From a virus, in IMG/VR virus record IMGVR_UViG_3300043774_000656, positions 59,305-123,304 of that record: DNA of 64,000 nt; one strand, written 5' to 3'. Shown in pieces: positions 10,062 through 19,880 of this stretch. The translations under genes and the position numbers were made by a program. Under the pieces are notes generated by a model. It was not told the DNA's origin, ran no database searches, and was given only the letters and a program-made list of their open reading frames with translations. The first letter of the stretch is position 1. The number at the start of each line of letters is the position of its first letter.

Positions 10062-10934
10062 TTAGATCTTTTTACCGCAAGTTGCACAGAACTTCCAAGT
10101 GGCCTTAAATTTAGTACCACAGTCTGTACAGTAATGTGCTACAGCAGCTTGCTTTTTGATATCCTGTGAATAGATCTTCTTCTGACTGATAGGTAAAATC
10201 TTGATCTTAGTTCTAGAACAGGGTATAGATTCAAATTCCATATTAACCTCTACAAAACTTTGATCGCTTTTTGAACCTTCGGCAATGCGGCCAGTTTCAG
10301 TAAGCCTTTCTTTGTATGACTGATCTGTAACTATGTTATTAGACACGCTGTTATCAAATGAAAGATACGCATCAGATGCTGTAGAGTAAAAATTAAGATT
10401 GTCTGATGTGGTGATAGTACCATCAAACATACCGCCGGTGTTCATGCTACCGCCTGTGTTTACAATACCACCTATGTTGTATAAACCATTCTGCCAGGTA
10501 CCTGCTCTCCAGCCAGCACCACTATCATGATAATAATTACCTGTAGAAGGATTGATATAGGTATAAATCTTTTTACTAAAGAACTCTACTTCTACAGATC
10601 CATTATTTTCAATAGCTTCCTGTACTTCTTTTGAGCTACCGACCTGATAAGTCTCAAATTTGAAACGATTGTTTTTGTCAAGATATCTTTCAAGCCAGAT
10701 TCTTTCACCCGGTCTAACTATAATACCAGACTGGCTAATGTTTTGACCATTAAGTTTAATAACAGCCAAGGCTTCTACTTTACTTGGATTGAATAATTCG
10801 ATCTCGAACTCTTGACCATCTTCGAGATAAACATTACCGTCATATTGTTTAAGACGGTTCTTTTTTGTGCTGATGTTAGCATATGGTTGTTTACCAAACC
10901 CCCATGTGCCGTTTGTGTTTGTAATGTACGACAT
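10062..10934 (-). CDS. hypothetical protein with C-terminal zinc ribbon
   Basis: EFEIELFNP N-terminal domain; CTDCG...FCATCG. Confidence 0.8.
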   Translation of the reverse strand: MSYITNTNGTWGFGKQPYANISTKKNRLKQYDGNVYLEDGQEFEIELFNPSKVEALAVIKLNGQNISQSGIIVRPGERIWLERYLDKNNRFKFETYQVGSSKEVQEAIENNGSVEVEFFSKKIYTYINPSTGNYYHDSGAGWRAGTWQNGLYNIGGIVNTGGSMNTGGMFDGTITTSDNLNFYSTASDAYLSFDNSVSNNIVTDQSYKERLTETGRIAEGSKSDQSFVEVNMEFESIPCSRTKIKILPISQKKIYSQDIKKQAAVAHYCTDCGTKFKATWKFCATCGKKI

Positions 10935-11046
10935 ACTTCTTTACTTTATTTTAGTTTAGCGGTTACTAATCTCTTTGTCCTTTCGAACTCTCGGCTATCT
11001 GTGGTAGCCCGAGACCAATAACACGAAGTTACAAATTATATATCAA

Positions 11047-12165
11047 TTATACCGCGATCGGTACATTCTTAAAGTTAGCATGGCAACCATAACCTACAAT
11101 CTCAAAATCATCATAGCTATAGTGTGTTACATTAGCTCTCTTATTCTTGATTACAAGCTTAGGTAAGTTCTCGTACGGCTCTCTTTTAATCTGTTCTTTC
11201 GCGAAGTCTAAGTGATTGTTGTATAAGTGAACATCGCCAAGTGAACAGATAAGCTTATCTGGCTCCATGTTTACAACATCTGCTAGTAAATGTAAAAGCA
11301 GGGCATAAGATGATATGTTAAATGGAAGACCGAGAAATGTATCAACACTTCTCTGGTTCCACATGAGAGATATGCCTCTTTCTGGTACACCAAGTTCGGT
11401 TAATACTCTATGACATTCCTTTTTACTTAAATTACCAATAGGAAAATCTAACACATCAAATGTTGGTAGTTTTTCCCATGCCTTTATGCGTTCAGTTATG
11501 TTTAGTTTTCTGGTATAAACCTGGAAGCCATAGTGACAAGGAGGCAAAGCCATCTGATCAACTTGTGCTACATTCCAGGCATTAACCATAAGTCTTCTGC
11601 TATCAGGATTGTTTTTAAGATCATCCACAAGTTTATTGATCTGATTGATGCCCTCAAAGTAAACAGGGCCTCCTGTCATTGTTTGATGTCTTCTCCCTGC
11701 TTCTCCGCCCCAGTCAACCCATTGTTTTCCATACACAGGTCCTAAGTCACCAAACTGTTTAGCAAAATGTTCATCTAGAACTATAGCCTCATTAAATTCT
11801 TGAATAGTCATCATTCTGGTGATATTCAAATTAGGATCATCGATGTGATACCTATAATCAGGCTCTTCTAGTTGAGAAGCATAATCATAATAGTTCTGAT
11901 AGGGCCATTCTGACCAGATAGTTACACCTTCTTTTACCAGGCTTCTAATGTTTGTCTCACCTCTTAAAAACCAAAGTAGTTCATGTGCAACCGACTTAAA
12001 GTGAACCTTCTTTGTAGTAAGAAGCGGAAAACCTTCAGACATGTCAAATTCAAGTTGTCGACCAAATACTGATACTGTGCCAGTACCTGTTCTGTCTTCC
12101 TTTGAAACGCCATTGTTCATTATATCTGCGATCAGATCGAGATACTTTTTATCTAGACTATTCAT
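11047..12165 (-). CDS. thyA: thymidylate synthase
   Basis: DRTGTGT, FPLLTTKK, ELLWFL, GPVYGKQW, MALPPCH, QRSVD, GDVHLY. Confidence 0.97.
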   Translation of the reverse strand: MNSLDKKYLDLIADIMNNGVSKEDRTGTGTVSVFGRQLEFDMSEGFPLLTTKKVHFKSVAHELLWFLRGETNIRSLVKEGVTIWSEWPYQNYYDYASQLEEPDYRYHIDDPNLNITRMMTIQEFNEAIVLDEHFAKQFGDLGPVYGKQWVDWGGEAGRRHQTMTGGPVYFEGINQINKLVDDLKNNPDSRRLMVNAWNVAQVDQMALPPCHYGFQVYTRKLNITERIKAWEKLPTFDVLDFPIGNLSKKECHRVLTELGVPERGISLMWNQRSVDTFLGLPFNISSYALLLHLLADVVNMEPDKLICSLGDVHLYNNHLDFAKEQIKREPYENLPKLVIKNKRANVTHYSYDDFEIVGYGCHANFKNVPIAV

Positions 12166-12352
12166 TTGAAAAAAGTTTTGTAAGTTCTATAGAGTTACCC
12201 TCACCTACAAGTTTAACCACTTCAGATGAAAATTCATCTTCACAAAAGACAGCATCAGGTTTTGTTACATAGACAGTGATACCTTCTATGCCTCTTGCTT
12301 TGAAAACTTGTAAAAGAGATTTTTGATTAAGAATACGTTTATTGAAGCCCAT
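12158..12352 (-). CDS. hypothetical protein
   Basis: 64-aa ORF overlapping the thyA start. Confidence 0.6.
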   Translation of the reverse strand: MGFNKRILNQKSLLQVFKARGIEGITVYVTKPDAVFCEDEFSSEVVKLVGEGNSIELTKLFSNE

Positions 12353-12382
12353 ATTAAATAGTACGGCTTAAATCGAAATAGT

Positions 12383-12835
12383 TTAACGAACGTTGGTAAA
12401 ATAAATGTATGGAAAAAAGTTCTCCATTTGCTGTCTGAAATCATCAGTCTTGATTGCAACTTCAGGCTCTTTGATCGAACCGGTTGGATCATCATCTATA
12501 AGTTCTTGCCAGTACTTAACCTTAAATGAATCTGGCTCAGTTTCATTTTTACATAAGAAGTACTCATACCTGTCTCTCTTATTAGAGCTGTCAAGCATGA
12601 TGTGATGTATTTCATTATTGTATTGACGCATCCTCTCATCGTCAAGATCATAAAAGATACCAACCTTTTTTAAGACCCAGCCTATACCGTTTCTGTTAAT
12701 GATAGAAATATAGGCCAGCTTACCCTTATCCCAGTCGGTTGCATAGTAGTCTATCTGATGGCCATTTGCATCAATAGATCCATAGTTACCTGAAGCCTCA
12801 AGTAGAAATTCGCCAAAGTTTTTAATGCTTCTCAT
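12383..12835 (-). CDS. protein with capsid-targeting-like leader
   Basis: MRSIKNFGEFLLE-A. Confidence 0.7.
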   Translation of the reverse strand: MRSIKNFGEFLLEASGNYGSIDANGHQIDYYATDWDKGKLAYISIINRNGIGWVLKKVGIFYDLDDERMRQYNNEIHHIMLDSSNKRDRYEYFLCKNETEPDSFKVKYWQELIDDDPTGSIKEPEVAIKTDDFRQQMENFFPYIYFTNVR

Positions 12836-13553
12836 GTTCTAGATATTTATCAAGGAAGCCATTGTCGACTAATTCCCTTGTAAGCATTTTAGATATTATA
12901 GAATCGCTTGGATAGTGCACTCCGCCTTTTATTCGACTCATTGTAATCTTTTCTGCCATATCAACCAGCTGCATTGCCTTTTCAGGATATCTTTTGGCTA
13001 AAAGAAAAGCTACATTATACGAGTCAAAAGCGTGACCACTAGGATATGCTGGACTGTTAGCATCGGTTGCAAGATATGGGTACAGGTTAATAGCATACTG
13101 ATATGCTAACTGTAAAGGTCTAGGTCTCTGGTAATGATACTTAAGTAAAAATACAATACTGTCTGTTTCAATAAAGAACCTGTGAATCTCATCTCTGCTA
13201 ATACCGGGTATATTCAATTCCTTTAAGTATTCATGCCAGACTTTAGCATGATCTTTTTCACAGGCAGTAATAAACCCTTTGTCTTCATCGGTCAGAGCAT
13301 CCTGTAAAGAGATCATATAGTCTATTTCAGCTTTAGCAACTCTTTCACCTCCTTCAATGAAGCTTTGCCATGGCATACTATAATACTTATTAAGTACACC
13401 GCTCTTTATTATGGCGTCACATAGCTCATTAGGTTTAAGCATGGTCCCCATTTGATAAAGGGTTGGATTACCATAGACAAAGCCTGTACGTGTTGCCATA
13501 GGTTTAGGAACACTCATGGATTTCATTGCTTGTCTAAAGGCATTTGCTATCAT
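12822..13553 (-). CDS. PAP2/haloperoxidase-superfamily phosphatase
   Basis: KxxxxRPRP, YPSGH, SRIKGGVHYPSD. Confidence 0.9.
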   Translation of the reverse strand: MIANAFRQAMKSMSVPKPMATRTGFVYGNPTLYQMGTMLKPNELCDAIIKSGVLNKYYSMPWQSFIEGGERVAKAEIDYMISLQDALTDEDKGFITACEKDHAKVWHEYLKELNIPGISRDEIHRFFIETDSIVFLLKYHYQRPRPLQLAYQYAINLYPYLATDANSPAYPSGHAFDSYNVAFLLAKRYPEKAMQLVDMAEKITMSRIKGGVHYPSDSIISKMLTRELVDNGFLDKYLEHEKH

Positions 13554-13556
13554 GGG

Positions 13557-13787
13557 TTATGTATCTTGAATTTTGAATTTATATTTTTCATGTTCAGGTA
13601 TATCTACCTGTTCAAGTTCAAGAATCCAAAGAAATTCACCAGAACTTATGTTTTCTATCTCATAGTTAGTGATATAATATTGGCCGGATAAGTCATCCTG
13701 CATCGGGTTAAAAATACCCCAGTCTGAATACATCTTTCCATGATATTCAGTATACTGTTCATTTGTAATGTAAGCTATCTTTATCAT
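13557..13787 (-). CDS. small acidic protein in the structural block
   Basis: Coupled to 13784-15304. Confidence 0.6.
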   Translation of the reverse strand: MIKIAYITNEQYTEYHGKMYSDWGIFNPMQDDLSGQYYITNYEIENISSGEFLWILELEQVDIPEHEKYKFKIQDT

Positions 13788-15304
13788 GCTCTACCTAAAA
13801 GTATTTGATATTGTTGAACTATATTGTTAAAGTCGGTAGGTTCAGTACCTGTTAAAGCTGTCGATCCCCATGCAGCTAAAGCCTGTCTTCTTAAACCGCC
13901 ATTTGCGGCATTTGTAGAGAATAGATAAGGAGCTGTGGTCGAGTTATTAGAACCTGAAGTGGGCGTGAGAACGATTGATCCATTCCTGTAAAGAGGTGAG
14001 GGCTGGCTTAAACCGGGTATATTTACCAGCCAGAAACCCGTGGTAGTTGTATTTGCGGCGTTAATATTTGTAGCTCCTCCGAAAGGACGAATAAGCAAGC
14101 TAGATCCATTAGTTGCCTGAAAATCCATCCTGTTTGTTGTACCAAACCAGTCATAACCGTTAGTAGTGTTTTGCTCATTGATATAAACACACATAAAGGC
14201 CTGAGTCCAGCCTAATGTAGTCCATGTGGTCGTGACCGGCGTGAGAGCGAATGAACTTGTTGTCTGCGGATCCATGCCAGACAAAGTATGTGTAAAAGAA
14301 CCGGAAAGACCTAGAGAAGCTAGCTGTACAACATCTCTGATTTGAGTTGCAGCATTAGTTCCTACCATAGGAAAAAGATATTGTAACTTACTAAAGATCG
14401 TAGTGTTTCTAAGATTTGTAATTAAATAATCCAGGCTGTTCTGTTGATTAGAATCAACGTTAGCGAAACCTACAGTATTCAAAAATCTATTAGTGTATAT
14501 GTCAAAATTCGGATTGATGGTATAGAGCTGTCTACCTAAAAGCTCTTGATATTGTTCTATTATTTCTTCAAGGATGATCGCCTCTGCTGTTGTATAGGCC
14601 TGTGATACAAAGGCTAACCTCATATTATTAATTTCAACTGAGGCTGATCTTGAAAGTTGTATAATCCATGAGCCTGATGATACCGTACTTCTTGTGAAGT
14701 TTGCATAAACGAATTGATTCCTAAACGAATAAGCGCTAGTGCCAGTAGATGTACTTGCAAATTGTAAACCAGGTATACCCGTGGCAAAAAAAGTGCCACC
14801 ACCACCGCCGCCTGCTATTCTAACACTATTTCCACCGAGTAAAAATGATGGACCTGAGGAGAGAATAGTATTACCGAAAGTAATAATACCACTGGGATTC
14901 CAGGTTCCATAATACGCAAATGATAGATTAGTAACGTCTACATTAGAATCAAGAAATCCGGTAGTTGCGTTAGCATTAGCAGATGGGGTACCTGATATAC
15001 CGTTAGAATCATGCACAAATGAACCTGTAAAAGTTATAGCGTATAGCGAAGGATCAATGAGATTAAAACGATGTGACGTTGAGTTACCTCCGATAAACGG
15101 ATATAAAACATGAAACCTGTTCCAGAACCCATTTTCTTTAAGTGCGGTTACTAAATAATTTAAGGCAATTATCTGTGCAGGATCTGTAATGTTAGCATAT
15201 GCCGATGAAACAAAGGTCTGCACAGCAGGATCAACACCTCCTGACCAGCCTCTCTGCCTATCTGTAATACTGGGTAATCTTCTATCTGATGTAGTGTGTA
15301 ACAT
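13784..15304 (-). CDS. putative virion fibre/decoration protein with two tandem homologous domains
   Basis: Repeat pairs ALNYLVTALKENGFWNRFHVLYPFIGG / SLDYLITNLRNTTIFSKLQYLFPMVG and YQELLGRQ / YQILLGRA; rich in Thr, Ser, Gly, Asn. Confidence 0.7.
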   Translation of the reverse strand: MLHTTSDRRLPSITDRQRGWSGGVDPAVQTFVSSAYANITDPAQIIALNYLVTALKENGFWNRFHVLYPFIGGNSTSHRFNLIDPSLYAITFTGSFVHDSNGISGTPSANANATTGFLDSNVDVTNLSFAYYGTWNPSGIITFGNTILSSGPSFLLGGNSVRIAGGGGGGTFFATGIPGLQFASTSTGTSAYSFRNQFVYANFTRSTVSSGSWIIQLSRSASVEINNMRLAFVSQAYTTAEAIILEEIIEQYQELLGRQLYTINPNFDIYTNRFLNTVGFANVDSNQQNSLDYLITNLRNTTIFSKLQYLFPMVGTNAATQIRDVVQLASLGLSGSFTHTLSGMDPQTTSSFALTPVTTTWTTLGWTQAFMCVYINEQNTTNGYDWFGTTNRMDFQATNGSSLLIRPFGGATNINAANTTTTGFWLVNIPGLSQPSPLYRNGSIVLTPTSGSNNSTTAPYLFSTNAANGGLRRQALAAWGSTALTGTEPTDFNNIVQQYQILLGRA

Positions 15305-15744
15305 TAGAAATCTCTTTTCATTATCATAAACGTCATAGTACCTGATGTCAGAGCGCTATTCATTTTAGCTCTAAGCTTCCATCCATTCGGGAGAAGAACA
15401 TAATAATTTTGATCTCTGTCTAGATAACGAACAAAAATGTTATTGTTATCCACTGCTTGTATTAAGCGATATGGATTTGGTGCACTTGCTGAAGTACCCT
15501 GATTAGCTGCAACACCTGCAGTACTTAAAAGTGATTTAATTGGCACGTCATTAGAACCATCAGAAAGGTATATCGTAATTGGTACCTGAGAGCCCTCTGT
15601 GCTGGTTATAAAAACCTCATATACCCAAGAGTCATCGGCTGATGCTGATACTAAATCTTTGGTTGATGTACTGTCAGCACTGGTAAAAGTGACCAGTGTG
15701 TAATTTTGATTTGCTAAAAAGTAAGCTGTTGTATTCTTTGCCAT
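15304..15744 (-). CDS. putative structural protein
   Basis: Beta-rich 146-aa ORF within the fibre block. Confidence 0.65.
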   Translation of the reverse strand: MAKNTTAYFLANQNYTLVTFTSADSTSTKDLVSASADDSWVYEVFITSTEGSQVPITIYLSDGSNDVPIKSLLSTAGVAANQGTSASAPNPYRLIQAVDNNNIFVRYLDRDQNYYVLLPNGWKLRAKMNSALTSGTMTFMIMKRDF

Positions 15745-15757
15745 ATTCTATATTTTA

Positions 15758-16774
15758 TTATCCTGGAAATGAACCCATAAATGAAAGAGGGGTATTGTTT
15801 CCGCTTGAACCACTTGAACCACTTGAACCTGAAGAACCATCTGTGCCAGATGTACCGCTTGAACCAGAAACTCCAGTCCCACCTGATGTACCACTTGAGC
15901 CAGAAACTCCTATTGCACCAGACGTACCTGAAGAACCATCTGTGCCAGATGTACCACTTGAGCCAGAAACTCCAGTCCCACCTGATGTACCTGAAGAACC
16001 ATCTGTGCCAGATGTACCACTTGAGCCGGATGCACCTGTTGCTCCTGACGTACCTGAAGAACCGTCTGTGCCGGATGTACCAGAGCTACCTGATGAACCA
16101 CTACTACCACTTGAACCAGACGAGCTCGATGAACCACTGCTACCACTTGTGCCGTTTGCTCCTGATGTACTTACCTGTACACCTATAAGTATTATAAGAT
16201 CAGTGTTATTTGGAAAATTTGTACTACCGACACCATTAGATGATATCAATGTGACAGGATAAGTCCAGTAATTATTAGGAACTGTAGTCGGTGTGCCATT
16301 TACTTTCCAGATCTGATAATCCACAGAGTTATTTCTATCTTGAATTATTATCTGCTGGTTGATTTGAATAAGACCTAAAATTACATCTATATCCTGGTTG
16401 TTTTGGTCAAGATGATCTATACTAATGCTAGTAGAGTTTATCTGCGTCGCATTATTCCAGATGATATTTCCAGCACCTGGGTCGCCTGACTGTATAGTAG
16501 TTTCAGCAGCATAATCAAATAAACTTGAAGATGCACCGTTTATACCACTGGTACCGTTTATACCACTTGTGCCTGAAGTACCGGCAACACCGCTGGTTCC
16601 TGAACTACCTGCAGTACCTGAGCTACCTGCAGTGCCTGAAGGTCCAACTGGACCTGGTGCACCAGGTGAGCCTAGAGTTTGCCAGGCAGATCCATTCCAT
16701 TCCCAGGACTCTCCTGTAGGAAGTGTGTATATCTGTCCGATACTTAACGGCGGTGGTGGAAAACTTATTGGCAT
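15758..16774 (-). CDS. Gly-X-Y (GTS/GSS) repeat fibre protein
   Basis: Long GTSGSSGTDGSS triplet tracts flanking a globular domain. Confidence 0.8.
   Translation of the reverse strand: MPISFPPPPLSIGQIYTLPTGESWEWNGSAWQTLGSPGAPGPVGPSGTAGSSGTAGSSGTSGVAGTSGTSGINGTSGINGASSSLFDYAAETTIQSGDPGAGNIIWNNATQINSTSISIDHLDQNNQDIDVILGLIQINQQIIIQDRNNSVDYQIWKVNGTPTTVPNNYWTYPVTLISSNGVGSTNFPNNTDLIILIGVQVSTSGANGTSGSSGSSSSSGSSGSSGSSGSSGTSGTDGSSGTSGATGASGSSGTSGTDGSSGTSGGTGVSGSSGTSGTDGSSGTSGAIGVSGSSGTSGGTGVSGSSGTSGTDGSSGSSGSSGSSGNNTPLSFMGSFPG
15800..16170. repeat. in-frame 9/27-bp tandem repeats encoding Gly-X-Y triplets
   Basis: Recurring units cctgaagaaccatctgtgccagatgta and ccacttgagccagaaactcc. Confidence 0.85.
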
Positions 16775-16778
16775 ATTT

Positions 16779-18002
16779 TTATCTTGTTATTTCCTCCCAG
16801 TCCATAGATCCATAGACCGTTTCGCCGTTGGTGGAAGCAGCTACGGCTAAACATATTTCATGCGGATCCGGGATAAAAGGATCACGTTCAAGCTGAAATC
16901 TAAAAAGGGCCTCTTTAAGAACGTCGGTGTTTACTGATGCTTGTATAGTGGATGAAAGATATCCTGTAGCAAGCGTTCTACCACCAGAAACGCCTGTTCC
17001 GGTGATGTTATATTCTACTGCAGAATCGGCACCTGCTGATACCCACGATCCGCCGGCAGTTGTACAACTTTCAAGCATTTTCCAATTGTATTTTCCAGTA
17101 CCAGCTCCCATAATTGAAAGAGCTGAAATAATTGCAATTGCGTCTAACGCTGTAGTTTTTAATCTTATGCTAATAATAGGATAGTATGTTCCTCCAGTTG
17201 CAAGAGAAACTGGGGTAGTAATAGGCGTAACGACAGCCTGTTGAACTCCATGCATTTCATATCCGCCTTCAGATATTACCGAAGAACATATTTGTTTAAA
17301 TGTACTACCTGTTACAGTACCTGCAGTATTAAAGATCTCATATCGTAGAGGTAATGATGCAGTAGTAATATATGTTGATGTGATAATGTTTGCGTGATGA
17401 AATATGTGACACGTATGAAACTCACCATTAATGACAAATCCACAACGAACACTGCCTACGCCTAGCCATTCAAAGTCCATAAAGAGGATTTGCGCCTTAG
17501 TAATATCTAAGGTAATACCAGAAGGACCGGTGCCATCCATTGGATCTACATTCCAGGAAGCTTGTGCAACTGGCGTATCAACAAGTACGCCAGTTACGGA
17601 ACTCCTCTCTACAAGTGAAAGCGTAGAATTTGCTAATTGCAAAAACATACCGTTTGCTGCTCCGTAATAACCAACTCTTTGTGTTAGGCCTGACTGCGCA
17701 GGTGCCATAACAAATGTATTAAGAGCTAGGAGACTCTTGCCAGGCTGATATGCAAACACCTTATAGGTTTCACGTCTTATCGTTGATCCCGATGCGGCTG
17801 TCACATTTAGGTTTACTAAACCTTCGTTTGCATCAAAAACAGCGGTACCGCCAGTGGCAGTTTGAGTAGCCCAAAGACCGTTATCTTTGTAACGATGTGA
17901 CGAATCGAAAAGCGTAAACGGCTCTGATATACGCAATCTTCCGAATGAATCGAAATTATTAGTATATGCAAACTTTATTTTATCCGTGTAGGTGTACGAC
18001 AT
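16779..18002 (-). CDS. putative virion structural protein
   Basis: DSFGRLRISEPFTLFDS, YQPGKS, EWLGVGSVRCGF; beta-rich; lies between two fibre genes. Confidence 0.7.
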   Translation of the reverse strand: MSYTYTDKIKFAYTNNFDSFGRLRISEPFTLFDSSHRYKDNGLWATQTATGGTAVFDANEGLVNLNVTAASGSTIRRETYKVFAYQPGKSLLALNTFVMAPAQSGLTQRVGYYGAANGMFLQLANSTLSLVERSSVTGVLVDTPVAQASWNVDPMDGTGPSGITLDITKAQILFMDFEWLGVGSVRCGFVINGEFHTCHIFHHANIITSTYITTASLPLRYEIFNTAGTVTGSTFKQICSSVISEGGYEMHGVQQAVVTPITTPVSLATGGTYYPIISIRLKTTALDAIAIISALSIMGAGTGKYNWKMLESCTTAGGSWVSAGADSAVEYNITGTGVSGGRTLATGYLSSTIQASVNTDVLKEALFRFQLERDPFIPDPHEICLAVAASTNGETVYGSMDWEEITR

Positions 18003-18008
18003 ATTTCT

Positions 18009-18890
18009 TTATATTGTTTTCCAGGAATTGTTTCTGAATAAAAAGTTTAATGACATTCTATCTATTTTCATCAATACTGATGATTCTCCATTGATTAGTT
18101 GTCCACCTTGCCCTTGTACCAGTATGCCTCTGTTGCCATAGCTTATACCTCCTACCTCATCTGCAATATTGATAAACTTTCCTTCATCAGAAGGCACAGT
18201 TCCTAATGGGAGTGTAATAGTACAAACTCCTGTATTATATGTAACTCCATAATATTCGTATGCAAAAGTCGGAGAATAGGTTGAAGTGTTAATATAACTT
18301 GCCTGATACGTAACATTACCTAATTGTGTAGGCTGCATCCAAAGATACTGTGTTCCATCCCATACCCAAACATATTCTATACCGTTGTCATTGTCAATCC
18401 ATCTTGCTCCTACATTAGTAGGATCTGGTGACGGACGTGTCGGTTGGTAGTAAAATTCAGTAACACCTGAAGTACCAGATGAGCCAGATGAGCCAGATGA
18501 GCCAGATGAGCCAGATGAGCCAGAAGTTCCTGTTACACCACTTGTACCAGATGTACCTCTAGTTCCCGATGTACCATCTATACCTGATGCTCCTGTTGCA
18601 CCGCTTGTACCAGATGTACCTCTAGTTCCAGATGTACCATTTACACCACTTGTACCACTTGAACCTCTAGTACCTGAAGTACCGCTTTGACCATTTGTAC
18701 CTGAAGTACCATTTGTACCTCCTCCGCCACCACCACCTCCATTTGTACCAGATGTACCACTTGTACCTCCACCTCCAATGTTTAATGGAAAACCTAAACC
18801 GTCGTAGTAGTTACCTGCGCCATCGGTTTGAACTACTCGTTCAAACGTAGAAGATATAAGTTTATTGGTTAAATCAAATGGTCCTGGCAT
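18009..18890 (-). CDS. Gly-X-Y (GTS) repeat fibre protein
   Basis: GTSGTN/GTSGTR/GSS triplets; fibre-like C-terminus (ITLP...IADE). Confidence 0.8.
   Translation of the reverse strand: MPGPFDLTNKLISSTFERVVQTDGAGNYYDGLGFPLNIGGGGTSGTSGTNGGGGGGGGTNGTSGTNGQSGTSGTRGSSGTSGVNGTSGTRGTSGTSGATGASGIDGTSGTRGTSGTSGVTGTSGSSGSSGSSGSSGSSGTSGVTEFYYQPTRPSPDPTNVGARWIDNDNGIEYVWVWDGTQYLWMQPTQLGNVTYQASYINTSTYSPTFAYEYYGVTYNTGVCTITLPLGTVPSDEGKFINIADEVGGISYGNRGILVQGQGGQLINGESSVLMKIDRMSLNFLFRNNSWKTI
18475..18524. repeat. 9-bp tandem repeat (ccagatgag)n
   Basis: About five copies encoding GSS. Confidence 0.85.
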
Positions 18891-18912
18891 GAAATTTATA
18901 TTCGATTAGACG

Positions 18913-19458
18913 TTATTGTTTAAAGCTGACCTTTACACCTTTCTGTGATCCGAATTTAACATTAACCTTTTTAGAAAGTGTAACTACAAATTCATCCTCC
19001 CATCCAACAAACAGCTGATCATCAACAATTATCTCTAATCTAATATCACCCTTTGTGCCTTCAGCTAGGGGAATACCTTTCTTAATAGGCACTGAGCATT
19101 GACCATCTTTATCTAATTCGCCATACAGCACTATGTTCCAGACCTTAGAATCAAGAACCAATCTTATCTGAGCTGTATCTGGGTTAGCGCCTTCTATAGA
19201 AATGTTACATTCGAAATTTTCATCCTTGTCTTTGAAAATTCTATAGGAATCTTTTTCTGGTTCACCAGACGATGTAACTATCTTAATAGTATCATCTTCA
19301 TTAAGAAGACTGTTTACATCATTTTCAAATTCTTCAAATAGATCATCGAAGTTAACATCGTTCACAGCCTGTTCTTTAAGATCCTGAATACGATCAATTA
19401 TAGAATTACGATAGTCTTTATCGTTATCCATATAATCATTGTAACTTTTGACTGACAT
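18913..19458 (-). CDS. acidic hypothetical protein
   Basis: 181-aa ORF coupled to 19458-19841. Confidence 0.7.
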   Translation of the reverse strand: MSVKSYNDYMDNDKDYRNSIIDRIQDLKEQAVNDVNFDDLFEEFENDVNSLLNEDDTIKIVTSSGEPEKDSYRIFKDKDENFECNISIEGANPDTAQIRLVLDSKVWNIVLYGELDKDGQCSVPIKKGIPLAEGTKGDIRLEIIVDDQLFVGWEDEFVVTLSKKVNVKFGSQKGVKVSFKQ

Positions 19459-19841
19459 TAACTTTTATTTCTTTTTTTCACGTCTACTGAAATGACTTTA
19501 ACTGTAGGCATTACAATTGATAGGGTATTCTTGATATGGTCTACGGTAATTTCCTTTTTCATATCATCAACTTCTCTTATCTCTTTTTTCTTTAGACCAT
19601 TAACCTCTACAACGACTTCTAAAAATCTTGTAGCTTCCTCATCACTGTAACCCTTTTTCTTAAGAGTCTTTTCAATGCTTCTCCATACCGGTCCTTTTTT
19701 AGGGGCTTTGAATGCACCACCTCCTGCAACTGCACCGGCAAACTGTTCTATGAGTATAAACACCTGGCTCCAAATATATGGATTGTCACTCCATGAAATA
19801 CCTGGCCAATTCCAAGGTAGATATTTTTTATAGGATGACAT
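19458..19841 (-). CDS. hypothetical protein, first gene of the structural block
   Basis: Preceded by AATATATA (19866-19873). Confidence 0.7.
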   Translation of the reverse strand: MSSYKKYLPWNWPGISWSDNPYIWSQVFILIEQFAGAVAGGGAFKAPKKGPVWRSIEKTLKKKGYSDEEATRFLEVVVEVNGLKKKEIREVDDMKKEITVDHIKNTLSIVMPTVKVISVDVKKRNKS

Positions 19842-19880
19842 AGTGTATAAGCATAACAGTTAAGCTATATATTCAAATCA

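Noticed and set aside
11047-12165. Intron or intein in thyA (longer than E. coli ThyA)
   Set aside because: The frame is continuous, the insertions are short, and there are no intein splice motifs
15696-16850. Plus-strand Pro/Glu/Val-rich ORFs (PEEPSVPDV) and other frames over the fibre gene
   Set aside because: Shadow frames of the Gly-Ser-Thr repeat gene on the opposite strand
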